A DNA stretch of 64,000 nucleotides from Glycera tridactyla (taxonomy: Eukaryota): positions 44,330,001-44,394,000 of the forward strand of contig OZ286472.1 in NCBI GenBank assembly GCA_965644265.1, given 5' to 3'. Below, in pieces: positions 1 through 13,474 of the stretch (the stretch's first letter is position 1; every line of letters starts with the position of its first letter). Both the position numbers and the translations under genes were made by a program. Under the pieces are notes generated by a model that worked only from the letters and a program-made list of their open reading frames with translations, had not been told where the DNA came from and searched no databases.

Positions 1-821
1 TGCACAATCATCACCATGATGACGTCATAGATCTGACGTCATGATTCTGACGGTCTTTAATCAAGACCATACCAACGGTGGCGTCCGAAAAGTATTTCCC
101 GGACATATGGAACACCCTGCAAATGTCTCGATACGTACCCCTGTCTCCAAACTACCTGACTTTCACTTCCCATTCCGAGGCTCAGATAACGACACAAAAA
201 TAAGGCGGTGGCATAGAGACCGAGGTAATCAGGGGATTTCATTGATACAACACAGATATCAATGGCTTATTGCTTTTACACGAGATAAATCACTGTCGTG
301 ACCAACAACCACTGTGCAATACATCAAAGAAAAACCTGAACCAAATGAAACAGCACGGTGTATTTCATGTGGTATACATTGCATCCTTATTGCATGTACC
401 CCAATCGATAAAATATAACACGCCATGAAAAAACCAAAGGATCGTAGTGGATGAACTGTGGTGTGGCTTTCCATTGAGGTTCCATAAGTTCAGGAATTCA
501 ATCTGACCGAATACATCGAACCTTCACAACGCAAAACCAAGACAGCTGCATTTTACATATTAGCATTTGGAACGTTGAAAATAGATTCTGGAAAGCTTGG
601 ATCAATGCGCCGGGGGGTATACCTGCTATTAGGACGCACGGTAAATATCATCACTATCAAAATTATCACATCCGCATGATGATCATCCAACACAACATTT
701 GTCATATGATGATTAATCCAGTTTGTCGAATTGATCTTACTATGGTTGTGCCTGCTTGTGTCTTTTCTTAAGAGTCAATAAACTCAGTTGATATATACAC
801 TGGAATCATTTGATTACTCAC

Positions 822-881
822 CTACATCTACTGAAGGGTCCTGTGATCAACCCTTCGTTTTGATGGAATATATCAGATAAT
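822..881 (-). CDS. Candidate 60-nt internal exon (LSDIFHQNEGLITGPFSRC), product unknown
   Basis: Acceptor gtgtccttcctgtatccAG, donor TAG|GTGAGT. Only one frame is open, phase 2-2. No homology recognised. Confidence 0.2.
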
Positions 882-2319
882 CTGGATACAGGAAGGACAC
901 GGGTTCTTCAATGAACCCTCCACTCCATCTCAGGAATTGGCTTAATAGTTTGACTTGTTTCTTTCCAGAGTTTTCTACATGTTTCAAAGTGCCAAGCCCT
1001 GACACATGATGGAAGGGAAAGTGAACCAGCATTCCCGAAAAGCCAGCAAATCAGCCCATCATATCAGGCGGTTATTCTGAATGTTTACTTCATAGCTCAT
1101 GGAAATATCTGAAAGGTGAAAAATTCTTTGGTCCTCTCATCCGAAAATAGGGCCCCGCGAAATCTCAGATGCCAGTACACCTGCCCCATATTGGTGTCCA
1201 ACCTATCCATATATTGTAAGTGCGTGCAATCAAAAGTCCCCTGCTAACATAAGCAGACTGTGCAGGATATATCATGGATGCACAGATTTATCCTTCTGTG
1301 ATGGCCGCCAGCCGTGATGACTTTCATAATGACACGTCATAAAGGAAAACAAAAAAAAGGATAGTTTAGAATGTAGTACGATGTTCCATCCCGGCTCTCT
1401 GATCTTATTTGTCAGTCCAGAAGCAATGAAGTCCCCCTTATGCCATGCTGGTGGTGATTACACACCCTTGGAGAATGATGATGGCGTGATATTGCCACCG
1501 GGGACCCATTTCGGTGAGGTATGAATGTATGCTGAGTATTGTGATTCCTATATGTGCAAGAACCTTAGAGACGTAGATATACCCAAATTTTGTGTATGTT
1601 AATGGAATAATGAAATACCACCAGCTCGTATGTTTCGTGGAAGTTCTCTGAATACTTGGGATAGCACCAAAGTTGCCCTCTTAAGGTCAACGCACCTCGC
1701 AAAATAATCCATCTTATATCTCACTCATCAGCGAAACACAGCCATCTGTGAGTGAAATTCGTCTCGTTTGGTTATGTTGTTCATTGATAATTTCAGGAAC
1801 TCTCAAATCTGCTGGTGGGAGACAGGGTACAAAATTAACACAGAAGAAACTGTGGGATATACATCTGAATATTGTGTTATCATAATATTCAGTGAGCACC
1901 CTCTCTCCACTTCTGTACGAGGCCATCCTAACACTGCAAGCCTCCACAGAGATGGGTCCCCTTGAGAAAAATGAGTCCAATCTTAGGCCCTTTTGGCATG
2001 CATAATAAATGAACTTGCGAATATTGCCAGCAAGTGGCGCAGAGGTATGAATGGTTCATACCCAAACTAACATTCGAATATTTTGATCGTCCTTTGGGAG
2101 TTAGATATTTGTTTGTGCAAACCTTGAATCCCCACGTCACATCATAATGATTTCAACATCTCAACCAGCTTTCTCTAATTCTATGGTAAAAATCATCTTG
2201 AGCAAATATTACAACACAATCCAAAAGACTATCAATTGAGCTGAATGAAGAAATGCGTCTAGAACTTCCATGTATGCAGGTCATAACTAAACAAGTTTGT
2301 CTGAATAGTCTGGCCTGGG

Positions 2320-3693
2320 TTATACCCAACCTATGTGCCAGAACTTCCTACCAGGATACCACATTCTCGGTAGCCAGAGGTGGTCGCTTGAGACGGTTAG
2401 AAGCCATCTAGGATGCCACAGATTGAGCCCACTCATCCATGCAATGCACACCGCCATTTCCGGACCAGATTTCGAAGTGGATCCAATGCAAGGCGTTCAT
2501 ATTCTCAATAGTTTTTTTTGCGAGCAATTTACTTTAGTCTTTGGTTGGAGCATACTCGGTATCAGCTTGTAGTGGGTGTTGAGGTGTGAAGTCAAAGTGA
2601 AGATGTGATCGATTCCGTGCTTTAGTGTGCAGGCGCATTTCCGGTCCATCTTGTCGTCGAGGATTTGCCGGTGGATGAGACATGGGGAGAATTGCACGGT
2701 TGTTTTAGAATGCGTAGTTGCTGTTGTTGTCGCTGTCACTGCTGATGTTGAAGATACTGATGTCCTGACTGTCCCCCCGTCCGTACAAGTGTGAACAAGT
2801 GGCCGGTTTGATGAATACGCCTGCTATTTTTCCCGCTCACATCTCGCTCAACAAAACAACTGTACCGCTCCTGCAACACACAACAGAAGGATAGATGAAT
2901 CATCAATGAGGTTAATGTTGACTGTGTCATGTGAAGCTGAGAGAGAAGGTCGTGGTGATAGTAGTGTTGGTGCTGCCGGTGATATTGGCGCTAGTGATGG
3001 TGTAGCTGATTGGGTTGGCGGTTTAGGGGCTGATTGTGGTGGTGTTTGAATTGCTGGTGTTGTTTTTTGTGGTGGTGATCGAGGTAGTGCTGGTAATAGT
3101 GGTGTAGGAGATTGTGTTGGGTGTTGAGGGGATGGTGGTGGCAGCGGGAGTTGAGGATGGTGCCTCGAGGTCACTTCGCAGTTCCTTCAGAGCACCTGGC
3201 CAGTCGCGTCTAAAAAAGCATCATTGGGTTGTTCGCTTCATAGTTTATCAATAATCTTGATGTTGGTCATGCCACAAGAAATCGTCTGGGAAGGTGATTC
3301 GAACTGGGTGAGGGTGGCATGGCTCGAAATATAGCATTGATGTTTCTCTACTACACTGTACCTCGGCCACCTGGATGGTTTTACTCCATAAAGCATAAGA
3401 AAGTGTGCTATATTTTTCTTTGATCATGCAAGATAAAGCTGCTTGTGATGCCTATCAGAAACAGGCCATTGGAGGGACTTAGGAATATAGTACCAACACA
3501 CAGCATCTGATGACCAGTGATGCATGCATGAACATAAGAGTACGACCCTCAATGGCGCAAACACACCACAGGATCATGATGCTACTCTGTCTGTGAGCTG
3601 CTTCTCATCAGGACGGACATCCGACATATAAATCCTCACACAATTTTTTTCCCAATTCGTAAATCTCTCACCTATTGATATATGGAACCACGT
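2320..3693 (-). pseudogene. Decayed long ORF (SWIM-like Cys motif, Pro/Thr-rich linker, Cys/His-rich C-terminal part); possible Mutator-like transposase relic
   Basis: One minus frame has only 7 internal stops in ~457 codons and contains listed ORFs 2848-3174 and 2497-2739. Motif CSC-x9-C-W-Y at 3490-3534, where the Y codon TAC is one transition from His CAC. LLCSFQ at 4327-4344 is in the same frame. Confidence 0.35.
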
Positions 3694-6600
3694 CTATATT
3701 TCGATATCTGAGGTTAAAATCAACTACTCCAAAACATGGAAAATCAAAGAACATAAATATGAAATATTGTAAGATGTGATGGTAATTATGTTCAGAAATT
3801 TAACTTGCAGGAGTTTTCGAATATTTACATGAGAATGTCAAAAGTGAAACATTCACCATTGTCTATGATTGCCCACTGCATTATTCAGCAAGCACATTAT
3901 GAATTTGATATGTAGGGCCATGTCTAAGCAATTTTGTCTCACGAGTTTCTGAACTATCAATGTATATTAGTGGAGAAGCAATGGCTCTGGCGGGTTCAGA
4001 GCGCAATGCAAAGCAACCCTTTTGATGGAAGAAACGAGGTAACACAATTAGATAGGCAAATTTATCATATGTTATAATTGTGATTACCACACTGAAAAAA
4101 TGTATCTCTTCAAGATGCGCAAAGTCACCTATAAGAGTGGATTTTGGCACAATGATCTGTTTGCTGCCTCTATGCCACTGTACATCTTGATGATATATCT
4201 CAGTTAAATCTGTTTTCAATCTGGGATGAAATCAGTCTGCTTCATTCAGGATATCCATCGAGGTACAAACCTAACCAAATCGATTATCATATCACACTGC
4301 AGTCCTTCCTGACCTCTTTGATTGGCTTGAAACGAGCATAAAAGGGTATGTACAATATGGAAATAAATGCCGACCACAGGGATTAGTTTGTATCTGTGCA
4401 ACCGTGAAAATTGATTGTTTTTTTCGTGTTGTGGATACATGTATCGGCGTTTTCTGCACGATTACGTAAAATGGCTGTATTTCGTACTATTCTTTTCTGC
4501 AAGACTATGAGTATTGATCAATATTTTTTGTCATTAGTCGTTTTTCACGAACGTCTGTAGGGCCTGCCCGCAGTCTGTCTTCTGAAATAAAAATCCTATC
4601 GGCAAGCGGACAGTATACTGGCATTCCAAATGCAGCTATTTCCAAGGCGGCTTATGAATCAGGTCTCCCCAACCCCAACCATTAGTTCGAGAACAGACAT
4701 ATCCCGAATCAGAACGGGGTGATGTCGAGTTTTATTGTGGCCAGTATGTATTTTCGAGATATGCAGCATAGTGAAGTCATATGTAGTGGCAAAACGCTTT
4801 CATACATACGGAACATGCTGTTGTAAAGTAAGTTTGCCTGTCTGGGATGAGGCAGCACATCAATGGACAAGCAACTCCTGCTGGGCTTTTTACCCTCCAG
4901 GGAGCATAAGAGATAGGACGTGATGTGTTTGGAAATGACCACACAACGTTTCTTGCAGAAAGTCATGGCGAGTTCACCGACTAGCAGATGACACGATTCC
5001 TTCATGGGCGGGCATTGTTTTACTGAAGTGTTAGCTCCTGTGATTTTGCTGTTAGAGCATGAAGTCCAACATGAGTATCAGCCGGTTAAACATCACAAAG
5101 GATTTCATGATGTGAACACACACGATGTCGCTCAGGATTCGATTAGTTCACCCTGAGTGAACATGGAATAGCAGGGGCTCTAATCCCATACATCAGTGTT
5201 ATGACAGTTCAGTCAGTGGCCCGAGTTGATGCATCTCCAGGGACACGTCGACGCTATTGCAAATGTCAGTTTTAAGGCAGAAAGATTGAGCAATCCCCTC
5301 TCTGGATATAAATCAACCACAACCTCCACAACTAGTCTGGCTTGATATCTGCCAGCCATACTTAGCATAATCCGTCCACGATGACAAGCTGGGCGGAGCT
5401 TTAACTACTAAAGTCAGTCCCACTTCTCTTGTGTTCCCCGTTTTTTCGCAAATATCTTGAAAGATATATCCAAGAGCTATATTTTAGCACTGGCTACATG
5501 ACCTTCATAAGAACTGTGTATGAAAACACATTCCCATGATGACGCAATCATAAATCATAAAGTTTGACAACTTTCAAGCACTAGTTACATTGTGCGTGGA
5601 TTAAAGTTGTACACTCAATGTCATGATCGGCAGTCACGTGTCCAATGGCGGTACGGTTCTTTAATGGCTGCGTCGCCGCAGTTAATGAGTACAGACTGCA
5701 TTTCCACAGATGCATATGAAATGACATCTGGTTCATGTATCGGTTGCGTATACATCAACTGTAGTAAAAATTATAGTCTCACATTGTTCTCTGTGAAAAC
5801 ATGTGTTCTGCTCATATCATTGCTGGTAAAATCGTGAGAAACTAAGGTCACAAAAGAAGTTGAATTGACTGTAGTCATATATCTAAGTGGTCCAGGGTGC
5901 TGAGACCCATACAACCCCTGAGGTTGTGATTTTTTGTGAGAAATCTCCTTTCCATTCCAGCATGCCCTTGTACCATCATTCTGAAACGCTTGAAACTCTG
6001 GTTTGCTGCCATCTATCGATCGGTTTGTGAGAGTAGTGTTTGAAGAGGACAGACCACCAAGGTGTCATACATCATGAGGACACGGATCACATAATCCTTC
6101 AGAATGATATATGAAATTGAACTCTAACCTATTAGTCAGTCAACAGTCATTCGTTATGGCAATTTGAGCTCAGGCAGGTCTCGCGGATGACATCAAGAAA
6201 TACAACACTCAGATATTTCTACAGCCGTTTCAGGTTATCCACCACAGAAATAAATCACTATGTCCTCAATATTCAGAAATTCCAGAAGTGAGATTTCAGT
6301 CGGTCATGACCTTCATCAATCCTCGCCATTTGTCGGCGAGCAGAAAAGAATTGATCAGATGTTCCTTAAACACCCCTTCATTATCTCACTACCTAACATG
6401 ATAGATGGATCTCAATAGGCAGCACCAGAGAAGGATCGCCGATGGGTATTGGCATATTAGGAATTCAAATATAATCGAGAAGTATAATTTGTCATTCTTA
6501 TGTGTCTCATTTCTTATGGTGTGCTGACATATGTCTTGTATGGGGCGGTGGAAAAATGTCTTTCGAACTGAACTGAGTCGGATTGCAGAGTACTTTGGTA

Positions 6601-8169
6601 CAGTCCAGTCTGCGTCTTATTAACGACTGGACGAGTGTCGCTGCTGTATCTACAAACAAATATTTGCCGTCTTCTTCAAACTCAAGTGGTCGGTGTGATA
6701 TGATCTGACACAGTATGCCAACGTGCGCCTCCATATTCATCACCGAACACGAGATCCAACTTCATATGAAGTTATCTGTGATATTTCTTGAAGCATTCTC
6801 AACCCAGGCAACGTCAAATTGGCATACATGTCTCTTCTAGCCATACATATATCATAGAGAGATACCCTAGACTGGGGGACGACGTTCCTCCTATATCGGC
6901 CATATGAGCGAGTATTCGTGTTTGAAAGTGCACATATTCATCCATTAGCCTCCCTTCTATCAATGGCCACTGAGCGATTACTCTCTTCACGCGTCTCTCC
7001 AGTGACACCCCCTTGATCCCCTACCTGCGTGGCAGTTAGTGGTGGTGGTGGTATCGGTGGTGGTGAATTTTATTCGAGCTACATATAGTTAAACTTCATT
7101 TCGAGCAGACCCAAACTGACAGACTCTTGTGGTCTGATTAAAGTAGTAGAAACCATCGTGGCATCACTTCTGCTTGGACGAAATTTGAGATAAGTGTTCT
7201 CCGGCGCCGAGAATCATTTCTTAAAGTTAATGGATAAGCTGGTTGTTCAAGCAAGCTCTATTATCATTAATCAAGAAAATGCAAATCTTGACACTGAGCA
7301 AACAGCCAGCAATTACTAACTTCATACACCACAAGTGCAAACACACAGGTCGCCTGCGCATAGCGCACTACGAGGTCCTAAAATATCTGCACATGCGCTC
7401 CGATGACTACATGCTATGCCTAAACGCCTCTAAGTATGCTTGTCTCTGCCACAGCTACACCCTCATCACCTCAACATACTACTGTCAACCATTTTCCTCA
7501 TCCAACTGAATGTTCTGCTGGCCGTTCTTCATATTCTGGTAAAACAATTTCACTTTGAAATGAAGAGGTAGAGGCGAAATATGAAGAATGGACCATGGCA
7601 ATAAGATATTGCCTCATACCATATGTGGAACGAACTAAGGCCGCGGCAATATCCCCAGCATGTCAACATTCACCCACTCTGGCCTTTTATGTGTGATAGA
7701 ATTCGATGTCGAAGTCTAGATATTTATGTAGCTCATTTAGAATGGATTATACACTGATATGGTCAGTTCGGAGATATCGAACACATTTTTATGTCAGGTC
7801 GTGCTGGAATCCCTCCATTCTTCCGGACGTTCTGCTCTTATATTTTGGAATGAAATCCTCTTGGCTATCATCGTTGTCATCTGACATGTCGCCTGCAGAG
7901 GATCTATTTACAGCCTAATTCTTCTTTCATTTGGATAGAAAGAGAAAGGTTGTCTCATTCTTGTTACCTCTCCCGAATGGGAAACAAAGTGGGTGGATGT
8001 AGATCGCATGATGACAAAGATATTGGAGATGACGTAATATGCTGCGTTTTGTGCTCAAGGTGAGGAATCCTTTTTTTTGTGCATATCAAGCACACTTGTG
8101 GATAGCCCAGCTATGCTTTCAGCAAAGGTAGCACCCATGCTGTCTTCAATTTCGTCTTTTTATATATGC

Positions 8170-8195
8170 CTGTCTGTCTGTCTGTCTGTCTGTCT
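8170..8195. repeat. (CTGT)n microsatellite
   Basis: Direct reading. Confidence 0.95.
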
Positions 8196-8698
8196 CACTC
8201 TCTATTATATTTCTCTCTTTCTCCTCAGCCTCTCTCTCTCTCACGTAAGGAAAGAACACAGCCCTATATATGCACTTTAGAATCGTATTCTATTTGATCC
8301 ATTATTAGCTCAGTATCCGGAGTGCACCATGTGCTTTCTGATATAGACAGGGGTCAGATTCAACAATGAGAGGAGTTGAGGCAGTTATTTGTCGAATAGA
8401 TGGCTTTTGTTGAGTAGAGGAGGCCGTTGATGGCAATACGTCTAATTTTAATGAGAACCCTATCATGTGAATGTAGTGCACGCGCCGTTCCCTCGTCGCT
8501 TTACTGCAGCCCAAATATACACATCCTCGCTGCACATTATGAAAAGAACTTTCGTGAAGTCTGAATACACATTAATTCAAGAGGATAGAGTTCGAAGTTT
8601 CCCGCACGCAAATGATATTCACAGGACCCTTCAATTAACCCCGTACACAAACACACTCCTGCACCTCCAACGGCTGATCAACGCATTCCCCCATCCCT

Positions 8699-8935
8699 TT
8701 GTTTATTTATTTATTCATTCATTTATTTATTTATCCATCTATTTATTTATTTTTCTATTCATTTATATATGCATTCGTTTCACAATGATTCTTATTTGTC
8801 TCTTCTATTATGATCATCATTATGGTTATCATTGTTATTATCATATTATTGTTGACATCATTATCGTCATTGTTAACTTCAATATTATTATTATCATTAT
8901 TATTAATGTTATCATTATATTTTTATCATGATGAT
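8699..8935. repeat. AT-rich low-complexity tract, degenerate (TTTA)n/(TAT/CAT)n
   Basis: Direct reading; explains hydrophobic ORFs 8467-8931 and 8810-9016. Confidence 0.85.
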
Positions 8936-10561
8936 GTAAGACTTTTACCACATAGGTTGGACATTGCCACTAGATTCGACTCCATGCCATTTTTTTCAAG
9001 GAATCGACGAGGTTAAAACATGCAATGTAGCATCAAGCTTTGTTCTAGATCCAAATAATTGAAGCCGAATCTCTTCAGTGGGTCTGTTGATGCACCCAGT
9101 GTGACACCGCTTCATATTGTCAAGGCCATTTTCTCATGCTTGTATAATTGTACCCTTACCTACTTCATCGCATTTATGACCCCCCGATGCAGTACTAATA
9201 TTGCAGTAATTTGTCATATATGGAGAGAGTTTATTATGAGAAGTTATTAATTTCGTTAAATTGGATGTAGGCGAGACAAGATTGTCTACTTCATGATAAA
9301 AATGTCTCTCCATAAGCCGTGTATATCAAATTCTGGCTGCTTGTAGAGGCGGGTCTCTGTAAGCTCACGGTGTTATTGTGGTGGCGGTGCGTGGAATGAA
9401 ACTATGGTCTTTGATTTGTCATTGGTGTATTGTTCTATATGATTCTCGCAGTTGCAAGCCCACGTAATCAGTGATGTCGGCTGTAAAAAACTGCCCTTTG
9501 GGCAAATTCTGGCGGTCAAGTCAATCACGATTTCGTCGCCATTTATGATTATTTTATCGCATTCACTAGTAACATCTGATATTCTTGGCCAAATATGCGT
9601 GGAACATAATATAATGCACAGTTCAATGCTCCATCGAAGTAACAAAATCGCAATGTGGGATTAACTACAGGAGAAAACCTCATCAGAGTTACACTTCCCA
9701 ATGCCAAAGTATTAGAAGAAACTTATCCGCGTGTTCCATCTCACCCAACAGCCGAAAGTGGTCGATGTAGTTTAACATCACAGCTTGATAGATATCAACT
9801 TCTTTATCATCAGCCGGATATGTAAAGGACAACAATGTGAATTGTTTGATTGATGGATTTTCTATAAGTTCAATATAAGCCAATTGAAAAGCCAATTGAA
9901 AGGCTTACAAGTTGGGATATTCTTCCAGCTCCATCCATCGACCCCCACCCCCTGTTGCCATCATGATAAACAGACAATCTTCATAGATACATGAATGCGG
10001 ATACATCCAGTTTGCATCAGACAACATTGCCATGTAATGTTCAAGTAGATTTCATCTAGACCTCGAGCAGGATTTCTCCCTGGAAACACAATCCGATATA
10101 CGGTACCAGGGAAACAAAATCCAGAATACATACATTCACATGGTATGGAACGGGCATAGTTTTATCATAAATGCTTACTTCTAAAAGTTAATACCAATTT
10201 TAGAACTTATGATAGCAGGGGTGTGGCGCATCAACGATGTCTGTATGTTCTCTCACATGATGAGAACAATTTGCCTTATTATCAGATTGCTGACAGTGTA
10301 CATGTTGATAGTCATCGTGATCATACAATTGTTGTCCTCCTTGTGTTGGTGGTCTTGGTATCATGATTATCCCGCAAGAATGTATGATGCTGGGCAATGG
10401 TGGCCTTCCTAGTGACGGCGATGACAGTCGGCCTGCAAGCAATGTATCCACATTCATCAAATGAAATACTTCCTGACATACATCCTCCTGCATAGAAAGC
10501 GACCATATTTCTATCGCGATCTCCAGGGATACAGGCCCAGAAGCATCACAGTCTTCAGAGT

Positions 10562-10637
10562 TTGGAGCTTTTATGCGGGTGCATCTAAACACAAATAAGG
10601 TTGGAGCTTTAATCCGAGTGCATCTAAACACAGATAA
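10562..10637. repeat. 39-bp tandem duplication (~2 copies)
   Basis: ttggagcttttatgcgggtgcatctaaacacaaataagg followed by ttggagctttaatccgagtgcatctaaacacagataa. Confidence 0.9.
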
Positions 10638-11740
10638 TACTGACACTGAGTTGGAGTCGAGCCAATGGCATTTCACCAAAGTGTGAGTCAACCCTGAAAT
10701 GGTGGATATTCTCTCAAAAACTTTGGTAATCTCACAATATTGAGAACAACCACGCAATTTGTGCGGACTTGTACTTCAGAGAAACGGGTTGTGGGTCTCC
10801 AGTGATGGAGCTATAGGTGGCGGAGGTGTCTTTTGTCCACACATGCCTCTATGATCAATAGTTGCCAGGCAGGCGAAGTGAGGATGCTCTTCATATCCCA
10901 CCATAAACAGGCAAACCCTTGCCCTTCAATACCAAACCCGATCTTACCGGTGTTCTAAGTCAATGTTTGGCTAATCTGTAGCTAGATTCTGTCTCAATTT
11001 AGACCGTGACAATAGCTTCAATGCAGCACAACAAGTCTATCATAAGCCGACCTACCAAGTTTTGTTTGAATTATTTCAACAAACAATTGGACTAGAATAA
11101 GAGGATTCGGTCACGTCACATGTTCTAGCTACAAATAAAGGTACTGGCAAGAACCCTCAGAAAAAATATATCAATCTACTTTAATTCCTATTACTTCCTC
11201 TTATTTCGAGCTAGCTCTAGCTCGAGCTATGGTGGTCGATATGGTCCCCCACACCTGATTCCTTCGAAGGCTCGACACTGGGAGTGTAGATGATGCGAGC
11301 AAGGGTTACTCCGTCTTCTTTGATTCATACTCAGTTCCAAAGGCACGGCCAACGAAAGGGGAGGCACTCGCAGAAAGGAGAATTCAGATTGTGTAAAAGC
11401 CCAAACATGAAATGTCTCTCAGGAATCTTGATTCGAGTTATGAGCTAGCGTGAGATCTGGGCGTGTTATAATGAGCCGAGTGGGTGATAATAGATGAATT
11501 ATGAGTCAGTGGGTCAGCCGTCAATGAGATTGTGTGTGGCTGTCAAAGATAGCGGTGGCCCGGGCTTGCAGGCTCCTCCATCAGCAATGACTATAGTCAG
11601 ACACTGACTGCGTTGGTTTCTATCTCTCACAGGCTCATGAGTGTTTGATCTCTAATACGTCGTTTAGGGGATATGATATGTTATCCTGTGATGTTACCAA
11701 CCTCGTTTTGTCATATAGTTCCTTCCATTTTACGGCATCT

Positions 11741-11881
11741 TCATCGTCATCGCCATCGTCGTCATCGTCATCGTCGTCATCATCGTCGACATACCACCCA
11801 TGCCCTTTGCATAAAAATGATATCACTGATGCTGCTGCTACTACCAGCACCACCACTACCCCGACTACTACTACTACTTTA

Positions 11882-11953
<72 letters not shown>

Positions 11954-11960
11954 CACTACT
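11741..11960. repeat. Compound trinucleotide microsatellite (TCR)n + (CTA/TAC)n
   Basis: (TCA/TCG)n at 11741-11787; pure (TAC)n at ~11882-11953. Confidence 0.95.
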
Positions 11961-12434
11961 AACCAGACTAACCAAGCTTATATTTTTTCCTTAGCTCACT
12001 TGTTTTCTTATAACAAATATGGTGTCTCCGATAATATTGTATAATTTATGTAATGACTACATAAGGAAACCGGAGTGTGAATATTGTAGATGGCGTATAT
12101 TCGTATCTTTTTTAATCCTTGTATTGTGTCCTCATCCATATACATGTACATATATAAATATCTGGGATTTATTTTGCAAATTTGATGTAAAAAAGTGTGT
12201 ACCGTTTCCCAATTGTTGAACAACTTATCATTCATTACCTGCCATTATATTATTGTTCTGATTATTTATAAGATGTGAAACTTGAGCGAGTTTTTACGAG
12301 TAATGATCACAATGTGACTGATAGCCTCTATATCGGAAGATATGTATATACAAAGTTCATTTCTATCGTATTTGTATCATTATGTACTGTATATATTCAT
12401 CTCTGGTCACAGAAATGAAGATACTCATCAGTTA

Positions 12435-12530
12435 TTATTATCATTATTATTACTACTACCACCACCATTTCTACCACTTCTACTACATCATAATTACCGT
12501 CATCGTCGTCGTAGTCGTCAACGTCGGCAT
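12435..12530. repeat. Degenerate trinucleotide tract (TTA/CTA/CCA/TCG)
   Basis: Direct reading. Confidence 0.75.
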
Positions 12531-13474
12531 CGAATCATCACATGGTGGCCATATGTACTAGTGTATGACAGAGATGGTGGCCATATGTACGAGTATATGA
12601 CAGAGGAGAACAGTTCCTCTAGTGATAACGAGCGGCAGGCGCAGCGAGAAAAGCCGTATTGTGCCGTGATTAGTGTAGCATGCACTAGACAGTGTGTGCG
12701 CGTGTATTAGATTGCATCGTAGACCGACTCAGGTACAATACATCTTGCCATCAGACTTTGAAGACTGGCCACGCTGACACAACAGGGCAAGATAGACATC
12801 TCATACACTGCGGCTTTTGTCAGACGCTGAGTGGCTTCGTTAGGCTTGCCAGGATGCACCCATCTCCAGGCACCAGATGATAGATGAAAGGAGAGTACCC
12901 GGAGAGAATATATCATAGAATCTCCCACATTTTGTTTTCAAACGAGTGAATCCTCCCCCGACGAAAGTGATTGCAGTTGTATTTTTGTTGAGGATGCAGA
13001 TTTCTGAATACGATTACTGAGGAAGATAAGGTCACGCAAGGTGATTGTAATATTGAATCTGGTGTTTGTATCTCACCTGTAGTGGGTTGGTGGATTGAAA
13101 TGAAGAAGAGTGCAAGATCTGTTTGATTGCGCCTGGTCCTGGCATTAACGTTGATTTGGAGTGGAATAAGTGGATATACTCGTCATATCATATCGCTATC
13201 ATGTGTGATATTCAACGGGGCTACAATAAACCAGGCATTTGCCTTCAACGTGTTCGTCAAGACATCCCTACCTCATGGGATATGGTGATCTTTTTCAGTA
13301 GGACTGCCAAGCATCATATATTTAGTCAGCTGATTCTCGAATTTCCATGATATGCTCATGACATTTCAAATGTTTCGCCTAGCGTTCCCGCTCAGTGTCA
13401 CATAATGGAAGTAGCATGGACAATAATTTGCAGAGTCGAATATGCATCTTTGCCCACAATGGTTGGGTGATTAT

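Noticed and set aside
1270-4150. LINE endonuclease GDFN-like words (LAGDF near 1280, LIGDFAH near 4130)
   Set aside because: Single short motifs with no other APE-domain motifs at the expected spacing
6175-6400. RT-like LADDIKKY in a plus frame
   Set aside because: No upstream PQG motif or downstream RT motifs
10200-10757. 185-aa minus ORF as a gene
   Set aside because: No recognisable domain or splice support; one or two ORFs of this length are plausible by chance in six frames of 64 kb
11635-12044. Poly-Tyr/Thr/Asp/His ORFs (also 43363-43729, 46011-46301, 60023-60337)
   Set aside because: Artefacts of trinucleotide microsatellites
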